In this document: piece after piece, positions 1-12,480 of the stretch
How positions within the stretch are numbered: position 1 is the first letter of the stretch
Layout of the letters: each line of letters begins with the position of its first letter
Program-made: the position numbers and the translations under genes
Source: Octopus sinensis
Taxonomy: Eukaryota
Direction of reading: 5' to 3'
Length of the DNA: 64,000 nucleotides
NCBI RefSeq assembly: GCF_006345805.1
Contig: NC_043002.1
Span: 26,660,001-26,724,000, forward strand
The notes under the pieces: model-generated
Databases searched by the model: none
Told to the model about the DNA's origin: nothing
The model's input: only the letters and a program-made list of their open reading frames with translations

Positions 1-504
1 ACATACACACACATATAAATATAATTTGTTTATATATCAAGCAATGTGTGTGAGCGTGTGTGTGTACGTGTGTTTATTTGCGAATCTCTTTAAATCTTGG
101 ACTCACTTCACTAATGGTTTTTAAAATATAATGTGCAGAAATATATAAAATATTTATGAATACATTGATTTATATGCTAATGCAACGTTTTAATTCAAAT
201 ATGTATAATATGCTTTATAATTTTGCCGATATACTGTTTTTCTTTTAATTATTTTCAGTCGGACTTATTATATATGCAGTAAGTGTTTATCTCATATGCA
301 TTTGGTAACGAAAACTTTATCTAGTCTAGCATTGCATTTTTTCAAACAATTAATTACTCCTATTAATTTATAATTCAGCTTGAAATTAAATTATAAATTG
401 AGTAGCATATGTATTTGATGTTAAGTACACTGCAATTTTTAAGTTGTTGCATCACAACTTAAAATTAAATATGGCAAATTCCTTCCTTTTTTAATTATTT
501 TTTC

Positions 505-725
505 ATCGTTCATCAGTCACTGGACTTCACCAGTGGGGTACCACATTTAAGGATTTTAATCGAGCAAATCGACACCAGTACTTATTCTCAATGTTTGAGA
601 GTAATCTATTAGTTTCTTTTGCCTAGCACCGAAACTAAAAGGATGTAAAAATCCTAACACCGGTTAACAGAGGTGTGAAGTTTGTGGCTGGGTAGACACA
701 TAGTCACGAACACATACATCCTTAT
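505..725 (-). mobile_element. Degraded SINE, 3' half (family B, microsatellite-containing)
   Basis: Diverged match to the gtcgagcaaatcgacccc...gtacttattct...ccgaaccgctaag body seen at 12060-12480 and 21790-22262. Confidence 0.6.
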
Positions 726-748
726 ATGCGTGTAGGTATGTGTGTGTA

Positions 749-810
749 CAACAACAACAACAACAACAGCAATAATAATAATAATGATAATCATAATAAT
801 AATAATAATC

Positions 811-862
<52 letters not shown>

Positions 863-905
863 TAATGATGATGATGATCATGATAAGGATAAAAAATAAC
901 AACAA
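749..905. repeat. Compound trinucleotide microsatellite (ACA/AAT/ATG)n
   Basis: Direct reading; source of the poly-I and poly-Y ORFs. Confidence 0.95.
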
Positions 906-1190
906 CAGAGAAAAGATAATAGAGGCACACGTCAGAAAAGGTCACATAAAATGAGGAAGCAACCATACTCTGGGATACACCAATGCTCACAAATAGATAA
1001 ATTATGGTTAATAGCCCGGATTTAGTTGTCATAAATCACCAAGAAGAAAATGCTTTCTAATCGATATATCAATACCAACCGGTGACAATGTTTCTCTAAA
1101 AGAAACAGAGAAATTTTCTAAAAATAGAAACAAGTCCTATCGTTGTAGGCGCTCGGTAGTGCAATGAAAGCACGTGATACAAATAAGTCT
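897..1190 (+). mobile_element. Old, internally deleted 3' fragment of an R4/Dong-like RLE LINE
   Basis: Collinear with 2556-3081 (gaaaaggtcaca, accatactctgggat, gctcggtagtg...aaagcacg) with two internal deletions; followed by a (TAC)n/(CAC)n tract at about 1191-1283. Confidence 0.8.
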
Positions 1191-1192
1191 TA

Positions 1193-1249
<57 letters not shown>

Positions 1250-1879
1250 CACCACCACCACCACCACCACCACCACAACCACCAAGAACAACATGAACAG
1301 GAACATCAACAAAACAAACAAAACAGAACGTTCAAGCGATTATAGCGAACGTTACTCATAAATCCCTGTACTGTTTTAAAAGTGAACAGAATACATTGCA
1401 TCGTGTACAAGATACATTATGTCTAAAAACAAGAGAAAGAAAGGGCAAATTAGAAAGTCTTAGTTGTTAAATTTGCCTGTACAGGATTTAATTGAGTCAA
1501 AACACGAGAGACGTGGTCTTCTAAGCTTTTGTCATACGTTCTTAGCCAAGGGCGAATCAATCCACACGAAAAGGGAAATTCTACACTGTTGTCTTAAATA
1601 CACTACGATTGAACAAAAGAAGAAATGATCGTAATTAGAAACTAGAAAATTAGTGAAAAGCCATGGAGTGTAATTACTTTGAAGACAAATAAATATCTCA
1701 GTATCGCTAAAACGTAACGTAGCTGTAGTAATATTACACAAGACACATCGGATATTACGACGACAATTATAGGAATACCGGAACTGTGTATGTAGATTTA
1801 AAAACCACTAACAACTTCAATCACAGCAGCTACAACAACAGCAATAACCGTCATTAAGTGTTTTAGATGTTTGGTGCGA

Positions 1880-2057
1880 GGCTAGAAATTTGGTTCGTCG
1901 TTTGCCTACAACTCAACTGGTACGTATTCGATCGACCTCGAAAGATTGAAAAGCAAAGTTAATCTCATTGTGATTTGAATTCAGAACATAAAGAGCCAGA
2001 AGAAATGAGGCTCTGCAGTTTTCTCCGCGCGCCAAAGGTACTGCTACCTTTACACCT
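1880..2057 (-). mobile_element. Degraded tRNA-derived SINE (family A)
   Basis: tcgacctcgaaagattgaaaagcaaag...atttgaattcagaac matches the family A core and B box on the minus strand. Confidence 0.65.
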
Positions 2058-2058
2058 A

Positions 2059-2090
<32 letters not shown>

Positions 2091-2093
<3 letters not shown>

Positions 2094-3078
2094 CAAACAA
2101 GAAATCATACCACCTAATAAACATGAAGAAGAAGAAGAAGATGACGAAACAACAAAAGCTATAAAACAAATGAAATCCAAACTAAAAATAGAACAGCAAC
2201 GAACCATGATAAAACGATGGCAAGAAAAGCCCCTTCATGGTAAATACTGGACTAAACTAAACGCAAAAGAAATAGACAAAGAAAAATCCCAGCAATGGTT
2301 GAGAAGCTCAGGACTCAAAGCAGAAACAGAGGGATTTTTAATTGCAGCACAAGACCAAAGCCTCCCCACCAGAAATTACCAAAAACATGTAATGAAAAGA
2401 AATATTACATGTAACTGCAGAATATGTGGAGATGGACAAGAAACAATAAATCATATTATCTCTAGCTGCCCAGTCCTGGCTAAGAAGGAATATATTCACA
2501 GACATGACAGAGTTGGAACTTACATACATTGGAAGCTATGCCAACATTATGAAATAACAACAGAAAAAAGATGGTATAGGCACACACCAGAAAAGGTCAC
2601 AGAAAACGAGAAAGCAACCATACTCTGGGATATGCCGATACACACAGATAGAGAAATTAAGGCCAACAGACCAGATATAGTTGTCAGAGATCATGAAGAA
2701 AAAAATGCTTTCTAATTGATGTATCAATACCGGCTGATGACAACGTGTCTCTAAAAGAAATGGAGAAACTCTCAAAATACAAAGACCTGGAAATAGAGGT
2801 AACTAGAATGTGGAATCTGAAAACAGAAAGAATTCCTATCATAGTAGGTGCATTAGGCACGATAAAAAAATATTCAGACAAATACATAACAAAAACACCA
2901 GGACTTACAAACACATGTAACATACAGAAAATTGCACTACTAGGCACTGCACACATCCTACGCAGAACACTTTCCATACAATAACCATCAGAGCATCACA
3001 ACAAATCACAGCACATACCCAAGGCACACAGAGCTGTGCTCGGTAGTGAAGTGAAAGCACGCTATAAAAATAAAACTA

Positions 3079-3081
<3 letters not shown>
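2091..3081 (+). mobile_element. 5'-truncated R4/Dong-clade non-LTR retrotransposon (copy 1): CCHC zinc knuckle and restriction-like endonuclease
   Basis: ORF 1975-2715 plus the 2745-2984 frame give CRICGDGQETINHIISSC, RHD, NRPDIVV, EKLSKY, AHILRR. One-A deletion frameshift at 2699-2705; stop 2982-2984; 97 nt 3' UTR; (AAT)n on both sides. Confidence 0.93.
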
Positions 3082-3135
<54 letters not shown>

Positions 3136-3179
3136 TAATAATAATAATAATAATGATATTAATAATAATAATAATAATG
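3082..3179. repeat. (AAT)n tail/target of LINE copy 1
   Basis: Direct reading. Confidence 0.95.
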
Positions 3180-3390
3180 ATCTTTTCTACTCTAGGCACA
3201 AGGTCTACAATTTTGGGTGAGGAGGCCAGTCAATTAGATTGACTCCAGTACGCAACTTGCATTTAATTTATCGACCCCGAAGGGATGAAAGGCAGAGTCA
3301 GCCTCGGCGGAATTTGAACTCAGAACATAAAGACAGACGAAATACCGCTAAACATTACGCCCGGCATGCTATCGTGTCTGCTAGAGCGCC
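3180..3390 (-). mobile_element. tRNA-derived SINE (family A)
   Basis: Minus strand: B box gagttcaaattcc, then the conserved gcctttcatcccttcggggtcgataaatt core. Confidence 0.85.
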
Positions 3391-3399
3391 ATGCTATCT

Positions 3400-4075
3400 G
3401 GTATTTTCAAGTATTTCTTGATTACTCAGGCCTTTAGGTCTTGCTCTGTCCACTTCAGAATTCCAGCGTCATACCGAACTACGCGACAGTTCATTGCCGA
3501 AAGTATGTTTCTGGCATTCAGGTTTGAAGCCAATGCTTTTCTCTCTCACCGTAGGCACGCTTTCTTTACCTTTTCTTTCATATCGTTGTGTTTAATTCTA
3601 TTTGCTTCAAGTGTTCCCAGATATTTATAACTGAAATGAGATTGAATTGCCTTCATCATTTCACCACTTGGTATCGATGAGTCTTCTATCCTGACAAACT
3701 GTCCTCATCTCATCACCTTCGTCAAACTCCATCTTAATATCATTTGAGAAGGTTAGCACTGTCTGGACTAGGCTGAGCAGTCCAGCCTCAGTTCTGTGAA
3801 CAACTTCAAGTCGTGCATGAATAGCAAGTGGTTCAGTTTTCCCTTAATTGTTCCAAGATCACACCCCAAATTTGTCTTCGGTAGTATTCCACTCAAGGGG
3901 ATCATTCCCAGCACAAAAATTAGTGGGGACACACTGTACCCCTCGAAGACTTTTTTTGCTTCTATATCTTTTTTTTGCGTCTATATCTTCGGGAGGAGTT
4001 GCCTGAATCCTATAAATATTAAGCAGAATGAAATAGACTGACACGTTTATTTTTTGAACCTGTGGAAGACACACG
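3400..4075 (-). pseudogene. Degenerate reverse transcriptase fragment of an older R4/Dong-like LINE
   Basis: Minus-strand translation across frameshifts: FEGYSVSPLIFVLGMIPLS, KLNHLLFMHDLKLF (YxDD region), LVQTVLTFSNDIKMEF, YKYLG. Confidence 0.8.
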
Positions 4076-4126
4076 AGATATCGAAATATCGTTCACTTGA
4101 TGACAATGGCACTCTTCTTTTTTTGC

Positions 4127-4170
<44 letters not shown>

Positions 4171-4207
4171 TATTATTATTATTATTATCATCATCATTAT
4201 CATCATT

Positions 4208-4269
<62 letters not shown>

Positions 4270-4399
4270 TATTATTATTATTATTATTATCATTATTATT
4301 ATCATTATTATTATTATCATCATCATTATTATTATTATTATTATTATATTATTATTATTATTATTATTATCATTATTATTATTGTTATTATTGTTATTA

Positions 4400-4436
<37 letters not shown>

Positions 4437-4464
4437 CATTATTATTATTATTATTATTATTATT
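4127..4464. repeat. Compound (ATT)n/(ATC)n microsatellite, tail/target of LINE copy 2
   Basis: Direct reading; source of the poly-L/Y/H/I ORFs. Confidence 0.95.
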
Positions 4465-5405
4465 CAGTAGTTTTATTTTTATAGCGTGCTTTCACTTCAC
4501 TACCGAGCGCAGCTCTGTGTGCCTTGGGTATGTGCTGTGATTTGTTGTGATGCTCTGATGGTTATTGTATGGAAAGTGTTCTGCGTAGGATGTGTGCAGT
4601 GCCTAGTAGTGCAATTTTCTGTATGTTATATGTGTTTGTAAGTCCTGGTGTTTTTGTTATGTATTTGTCTGAATATTTTTTTATCATGCCTAATGCACCT
4701 ACTATGATAGGAATTCTTTCTGTTTTCAGATTCCACATTCTGGTTACCTCTATTTCCAGGTCATTGTATTTTGAGAGTTTCTCCATTTCTTTTAGAGACA
4801 CGTTGTCATCTGCCGGTATTGATACATCAATTAGAAAGCATTTTTTTTCTTCATGATCTCTGACAACTATATCTGGCCTGTTGGCCTTAATTTCTCTATC
4901 TGTGTGTATCGGCATATCCCAGAGTATGGTTGCTTTCTCGTTTTCTGTGACCTTTTCTGGTGTGTGCCTATACCATCTTTTTTCTGTTGTTATTTCATAA
5001 TGTTGGCATAGCTTCCAATGTATGTAGGTTCCAACTCTGTCATGACCGTGAATATATTCCTTCTTAGCCAGGACTGGGCAGCTAGAGATCATATGATTTA
5101 TTGTTTCTTGTCCATCTCCACATATTCTGCAGTTACTTGTAATATTTCTTTTCATTACATGTTTTTGGTAATTTCTGGTGGGGGGCTTTGGTCTTGTGCT
5201 GCAATTAAAAATCCCTCTGTTTCTGCTTTGAGTCCTGAGCTTCTCAACCATTGCTGGGATTTTTCTTTGTCTATTTCTTTTGCGTTTAGTTTAGTCCAGT
5301 ATTTACCATGAAGGGGCTTTTCTTGCCATCGTTTTATCATGGTTCGTTGCTGTTCTATTTTTAGTTTGGATTTCATTTGTTTTATAGCTTTTGTTGTTTC
5401 TTCAT
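4465..5405 (-). mobile_element. 5'-truncated R4/Dong-clade LINE (copy 2), inverted relative to copy 1
   Basis: Reverse complement of 2141-3081 with only scattered substitutions; ORFs 5155-5439 and 4562-5251; one-base deletion at about 5180-5186. Confidence 0.93.
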
Positions 5406-5698
5406 TTTTAAGCTTAGAAACGGTTTGTTTCGGGTCCATTCTCCGTGAAGATTCATAGGCTCATCAGAGGAAGATCACTCATCTCATGTAGCTTTCTCAT
5501 ACATCTACAAATACGCTGGTGATCGAGCATTCTCGTAAATATACGACTGAGAGTACGTTAAAAAAAAACTAATTACTTGCCGAACATTTGTCAAAAATTT
5601 TAAAATAATTTAAATTGACAATTATTTGCTATTAATTGCCTGCAAAAATATTCCGCTTAAAGAAGTTTTGAGATGGGTTAGATAATTGTGAATTAGTA

Positions 5699-5749
5699 AT
5701 GATGATGACGACGACGCCGACGATATCGATACTACAACTACTACTACTA

Positions 5750-5828
<79 letters not shown>

Positions 5829-5851
5829 TACTACTGCTGCTGCTGCTGCTG

Positions 5852-5890
<39 letters not shown>

Positions 5891-6020
5891 TTACTACTGC
5901 TACCGCTACTATTACCACTGCTGCTGCAACTGCTGCTACTACTTTTTATGTGATGATGATAATAGTAATAATAATAATAACAACAACAATATTAGTGATA
6001 ATAACAATATTAATAATAAT
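5699..6020. repeat. Compound (CTA)n/(CTG)n/(AAT)n microsatellite
   Basis: Direct reading. Confidence 0.95.
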
Positions 6021-6049
6021 ACTGACCTACAAATTCTAACCTAAGCTTC

Positions 6050-8104
6050 TTCTGACCTAAGCTTCAGACCTGCTTTAGGGTATTTTGGGGGTCACTAAGT
6101 TTAAAAATGTAAATAAAGTTTTTTCTATCACGTCTAGTTTTATTCTTTGGGCTGGCCCATATTGCCCCCCCCCCACCGTAGCTCCATGTTTGAAATGTTT
6201 TACTTCTCCTGACTCTTTGAACGTTAGTGACGTTGTGCAAAGATCCTACTTGGCCTACTTAAAGTTTAAAGCTGGTTATCCGGATAAATCGTGGGCCCGC
6301 ATAATGTATACAAACCCTATGTCGAAAATCTACGCCAATGAACAAAGGGCACAAGGAAACAACTAACATTTGGCATTCTTATTATAGGGTGGGAGCCAAA
6401 GAAGAATGTAAACGACTGCTACTTTTGCTTCACAAAGTCTTCCTGTTATAGCAAAGAACGTGACAGAAAATAAGTTACCAAAATCTGGTTTCAGCAATTC
6501 ATCCAGTGCTTCAGTCAGATGAAATACCTATACTCGTTTGCAAGGCTCTACCTTCACTGCAAGGTGAAAGTGATATATGTGAAGTAGATATAAAACATGA
6601 ACATGGCAGTGATACTGACTTTGTACAAACATCAACCAAATAACGTGAAAATTTCAACCAGATATAATTTAATAATTAGTTAGAGACCTAGGACTGCCAA
6701 AAGAGTTATCAGAACTGTTAGCTTCTAGGCTTAAATAGAAGAATTTGTTGCAGAACGAAGAAAAAGATCCCTTGGCATTCTTTAGAATTGGAAAATATTT
6801 TGCTTACTGTTGTGATGTGGCGGGACTGTTAAACATGGTGGGTGTTGAACAGTATGATTTTTGTGAATGGCGACTCTTTATAGATAGTTAAAAAAAGAGT
6901 CTTTATTGCTCTATAATGGAAACGTATTTGGTGTACTTTGTATTGGTCACTCTGTGCACTTAAAATAGAATTATAATAACATAAAATTTGTATTAGATTT
7001 ACTTAAGTATAGTGAACACAAATGGGTCAAATCTGCGGATCTAAAAATGGTCAACTTTTTACTTGTCCAACAAGGAGGGTATACAAAATATCCGTGTTTC
7101 CTGTGTTTATGGGATAGCCAAGCAAGTGACAAAAATTGGGAACAGAAACTCTGGACAGTTACAAAAAGTTTGACTGTTGGGGAGAAGAATATCATATACC
7201 AGCCACTTGCTGAGCGAGACAAAATCATCTTTTCACCTCATCGTATTAAACTAGGAATAATGAAGAAATTTGTTAAAGCGCATATGTGGAAAGTAACTGT
7301 TTCAAATTCATGTGTACAACATTTCCTGGCCTAATTTATGATAAAATAACGGCTGGTGTGTTTGATAGGCCACAAATCAGACAGTTAACGAAATGCCAGT
7401 ATTTCTCATGCTTGATGGCTGACATAGTAAAAAAGTACATGGCATTCATTTGTTACTGTTGTAAAATAATTTTGGCGGGATGAAAGTCTACACACTACAA
7501 GGATTTGGTGGTGACATTATTTGATAGCTTTCATCTTTTAGGCTACGACATGAGTATAAATCTTCATTTCTTCAATAGCCATCTTGATAAATTACCTGAT
7601 AATTTCAGAGGCGTCAGCGAACGATGAGCATGGTGAGCGGTTTCATCAAACAATCGAGATTATGGAGGAGAGATATCAAGGCCAATGGAATACACACATG
7701 TCGACAGACTGCTGTTAAAGTATTCAAAGTGATTGCATAGACATGAAATACTCCACATGCTCTCGCAAGCGAAAATTAGTTCCATTACTATGAATATATA
7801 TATATATATGATGGTTTGTGCTATATCCATCATATTTAGAAAATTTACAGTGTGTATTTAGTAAAAGGTGATGCTATCTTAAATTTCATATTCTATTGAC
7901 ATTAATAACTTATGGTTTTAAGCTATAAGACTTAGTAAACTATCCTGACCATTTAAATTTACAGCATGTTATGAAATAGGTATATGTTATAGAATGAAAA
8001 CTTGATGTGTTACGAAACAAATGGATGCCATATTTGAATCAGCATCTCAAACTTAGCTAAAAGCAATCACAAAACCGAAGTCAGTAAATGTGTGCTGACC
8101 AGTG
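6050..8104 (+). mobile_element. Degenerate Chapaev3-like (CMC) DNA transposon
   Basis: Translated fragments SYLAYLKFKAGYPDKSWA, ENLRQWTKG, WxEPK, QQGGYTKYPCFLCLWDS, HGERFHQ.I..MEERYQG; right end tgtgctgaccagtg (a CAC...GTG terminus). Family assigned from remembered motifs; left end uncertain. Confidence 0.7.
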
Positions 8105-8109
8105 TAATA

Positions 8110-8322
8110 ATTTCGAATTTTGGCGGAAGACCAGTACTGTTCGGACAAAAGGATAAGTCGATTCATCGATCCCAGTTCGTAACTGGTACTTATTTTATCG
8201 ATCCCTAAAGGATGAAACTCAGAGTCGACATCGGCGAAATTTGAACTCAGAACGTAAAAATAGTAGAAATACCGCTAAGCACTTTGCCCGGCGTGCTGAC
8301 GATTCTACCAACTCACCGCCCT
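8110..8322 (-). mobile_element. tRNA-derived SINE (family A)
   Basis: Head ggcggtgagttggtagaatcgtcagcacg, B box gagttcaaatttcg, conserved core. Confidence 0.85.
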
Positions 8323-8549
8323 TAATAATAGTAATAATGATATGGGAATTCGTCATCAAATCATAAAATGACTCTGCCAAAAAATCCTTATTCATTAACG
8401 AAAAATGCTTTTTAGTATTCAAATGCCTAGATTTTTAGGAGAATAATCATTTCAAGCATGATATATTTTGAAGCATCTTGATATAAATGGTACAGAAATG
8501 TAACAATTAATAGCCGTTAATTATATATAATACAAAAGAAAATTGATTA

Positions 8550-9900
8550 GAGGTAGTAGTCGATGAATCTACATCTAGCGTAGCTCGTTGTTTCCTGCTT
8601 CAAACTTCTTCGATACCGGGCACCGGAATTGTTGATGCCAACCAGCCGGAAGAGCCTGTCCAGATTAGCAGCAGTAAATTTTGTACTGAAATGTTCGTGG
8701 CTTGGTTCATTTTTGCAAAAAATAGTGCTCACACAGATATATACCCTCAAAGAATGATGCTGTCTGAATAGTATGGCTAACTAATTTACGATTCTTCTAG
8801 TTGGATGAATATATTTTCTACGAAAGTCAAGTTCTGATGCATATTCAGAATGAAATTTCGATCTCAATATGTCTCAATCAATTCTGTTTGATAATGATTC
8901 ACTGCAGTGTCCACTCGAACATCAAACGGAGTAGGAAACAGTTTGATTTCATTTGCATTCAAGCGTAAATCACCAAGACGAGATGAAAAACGTTTTGTTA
9001 ATTCTTAGAACGTATTCATAAAAATGCCTGTATCCTCTGTTTCTCTAATGTAAGAAGCGAGGGAAGATTATGCAGTTCTATTTTAGAAGCTGGTATTCCA
9101 ATCATGGCTGCTTTCTTTCAAATTTCGCAACATCTCCATACATATTTGTTATCATACGCTTTTTGCTCTAATGTTGTAAATTGTAATTCTTTAAACGAAA
9201 TCTGTTGTGCACAAGAAATACTTGGCTGCAAGCCAATCAATAGTGAAAATATGAAGCATGTACATTTTCGTTTGCAAAGAATGTTGCTAATACTTCATAC
9301 AATGCAAATATTCTTTGTATCATTGGCCGACCCTTTTGCCAGTAAATATGCTAGAATTGAGCAAGATCTCAATTTTCTGCAACTATATCGGAAAAAAATG
9401 CTGAAACCCTCAAATATTTAATATGACGTTACCTCGTATGACATTTCTTTATAACAAGATTTATCAGTTTGTATATGATTTCAATGACTTTACTATTAAA
9501 TGCCTCTTGAAGTAAAATTCAAAAGATGTTAATGTGTTTCAGTTCAGTTTTGATACTGCCAATTATTTGTTTTTGCAGCAATGCTATGATGCATTTTTTT
9601 TCGGTTACAGAATAGCTGGTCCCAACGATAACATTTGGCTTCTGAATATCAACTAATGTTTCTCACATTTACCACAAAGCTTAAGAAATATCAGCTCCAG
9701 TCATCATAGTCTTCAGCATTATGAAAGTTTAAGTTCATTCACTGTGAAAATACTGCTAGGTGCGTTTTCGCTTTCATGTCTATGCGCTCACCACAAATAA
9801 AATGAAAGAACACGTTGCAGTTATTGCACGCATTCTTTGCTATTCAATAACTATTGTGAATATCTTTTTCGTGAGTTATTTTGTTTTTTAAGACAAAAAT
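8550..9900 (-). pseudogene. Possible ancient hAT transposase relic (ZNF862-like C-terminus)
   Basis: Broken minus frame FAKMNQATNISVQNLLLLIWTGSSG...PGIEEV..RKQR resembles an hAT dimerisation-domain ending; weak similarity judged by eye. Confidence 0.35.
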
Positions 9901-10149
9901 ATATATCAAATCACGTCTGTAACCAGATACCCGCCGCGGATAATCATGTAAACCAGTGCAATCTGAGCATAATTAAGTCATCGGTTACCAAATCAGCAAT
10001 CCCACCAAAATTGAGGTAAGCGATTTTTGAGAAGCAAAACCTGTCAAAGAGTGTAATAACTCAAGACAGTCGACAGTTCTTCGAAAGATTGTATTATATA
10101 TATTGTGGTTGTCTACTCCTTATGCAGATATAGACTACTTCATGTACCT

Positions 10150-10580
10150 ACACTTTAGAACCATCATGGCATCTGATGTGGCTTTTTAAACCAGACGATG
10201 TTTTGAAAAGATACCCACATCGATTGCACATCCGATTTGGACCACCAAGGCCTGTAGTTAAGTTCTGATTTTTTTATGGGTCTTAAAATGTCTTTTGAGG
10301 CCTCCGTTAGATTTACAGATCTTCTGGCATATATTGCATTGAAAGGTGTGCACGGAAATATAGGCGGAATAGTTTGTAGAAGTTCGTTTTCCATGAGTTC
10401 GCAAATGAGATCTGAGCCCAGCAAAAAAGGCATGGTCTGTCGCAAACTGTGCACACAAAAAGTTTATTGTGATTCACCTTCTCGATCGTAAAAGTCTTCT
10501 TTAAATCTCTCTTGTTCGTGTACATATTGATATAGGATGTTACCCTGACATGAAACAGGTTCTACTTGTAGTGTCTGACC
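10150..10580 (-). mobile_element. 3' end of an RTE-like LINE encoding three C2H2 zinc fingers (frameshifted)
   Basis: CTVCDRPC.FAGLRSHLRTH, CNICQKICKSNGGLKRHFKTH, CNRCG..FKTSSGLKSHIRCH then stop; no TGEKP linkers; the GLxSHxRxH pattern is typical of RTE C-termini. Confidence 0.65.
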
Positions 10581-12059
10581 ACTTTGTCCGCTCTGTTCAC
10601 TTTGTTTGTTTGCTTGTTTGTTTGTTTCTTTGTCTCTCTCTCTCCCTCTCTCTCTCACTTTGTGTTTAACTTTCTCTTTATCCAATTGCTTACTTGACTT
10701 ACTCGTTCTTTAGAGATGATTACACATAACCAAATTGTTTTAATACACAAAAATAAAGCTGTGTTTTATGCCCTGCACCGACAATATCAACTCCTACGTT
10801 TCTTCATTCCTGACGGAGTAAAACTTCGAAGTGGATCTTTAGTTTCAACTACTTATTAAGAATTGTAAGTATAAATACCGTGCACCCTAATCGCATAATT
10901 TTATCACCTCTTCACTACCCATCAGCATATATTGCGCTACAAAGTTGACTCGACAGTAACTACGGATTTAATAATTCTTTTAAGTCATGTATTTACTTTT
11001 TATAGGATGCAATTAATGTGGCTCCACTTTTCGTTAGCAAAGGTTACTTTCTCTTCGTTTCTTGGTAATTACTTGTAGCAAGGTGACATACATTATATGC
11101 ATATTCAGAATGTTTTTCTCACACAAAATTTGCCATCGTAATTGCAAAAATCGATATTGATTTCATCGGTAAGAAAATGTGATATGTATGCATACGACTT
11201 TTGTGAATTTGCTCTATTTTTTGACTTAGCACTACGAATGCTTAAGTTAATATCTCTAGCATTTTCGCCTCAACCCATATTTTTTCTTCCGTATATGCTG
11301 TATGTTAGTGTTAGATTTGCTAGTGTTTGTTTTCATTTAAATAAATGATCACTGGAAAATAGACAGAAAAATTAGTATCGGTACCTATATAGTAGACACT
11401 AAACTGTTGAAGACTATTTTAACGAGGTCGCTTTGAAAATGCTAAAACAAATGTAGAAAAAAGAATTAAATATTTCCTTTACTTGTTGCATTGCATCTTG
11501 GATATTTAAGAAATCGATGGATTAATACGCTCTATGAAAATCTGTTGTGCATAAATACATTAACATTTGATTAGAATTCTCAGGATCCATTCATTAATTA
11601 TTCAACATTTCTTTCTAGTTTTCAGTGCATGTTTCGGTTAATGATGTCATGAGTTAATGTGGTTAAAGTAATGAGTTATCCCAGTGATTGTACATATTAG
11701 AAAAGGAAGCATTATTTAGACATTCGCAATCGTTTTGTATATGAAAATGGGAAACTTATTAATGAAAAGACGGTGATTGTGATAAATTTAAATTTAGGAA
11801 ATTATCCATTCTAATACATTCAGTTACGTAAGTAATATGAATTTCAATAAGATTTCAGATTATACTGTTTATATTGCAGATCATATTAAAATATTAATTC
11901 TTCCTTTGATTTCCCCCGTGGAGAGGATCAAGTGGTATGATTCTGATGTTTTATGCGTATTCGACCATTCTTAAGATAGTAAGTCCTCATTCATTATCCC
12001 GTCAACTAAAAAGAAATTGCTATTTAACCAAACATTAACCATTATTTAAAAAAAATTCT

Positions 12060-12285
12060 TTTATTGTTTTACTTGTTTCAGTCAATTGACTGCGTCCATG
12101 CCGGAGCACCACATTAAAGAGTTTTAGTCGAACAAATCGACCCCAGGATATATTCTTTGTAAATCTAGTACTTATTCCATCGGATACTTTTTGCCGAACC
12201 GCTAGGTAACGGGGACGTAAACACTCCAACATCAATGTCAAGCGATGGTGGGAAGGATAGACTCTATGACACACATACATAAACA

Positions 12286-12319
<34 letters not shown>

Positions 12320-12480
12320 TATATATATATATATATAAATGACGTTTCAGTTTCCGCCAACCAAATCCATTTTGGTCGGCCTGAGGTCATAGTTGATGAC
12401 ACCTGTCCAAGTTGCCACGCAGTGGGATTGAACCCGGAACAATGTGGTTGGAAAGCAAGCTTCTTACTACACAACCACGA
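12060..12480 (-). mobile_element. SINE family B with internal (CA)/(TA) microsatellite
   Basis: Minus strand head ccaaccacattgttccgggttcaatcccactgcgtggca (B box); body and 3' domain shared with other copies. Confidence 0.85.

Noticed and set aside
1352-1500. Short degenerate inverted repeat
   Set aside because: About 20 bp imperfect arms with no TSD; insufficient to call a MITE.
10164-10525. Host C2H2 zinc-finger gene
   Set aside because: Frameshifts, no TGEKP linkers, no clear splice sites; fits an RTE C-terminus better.
10785-10845. Further hammerhead-like traces (also near 17850, 44340 and 61258)
   Set aside because: Core positions are mutated and stems do not pair; at most decayed PLE remnants.
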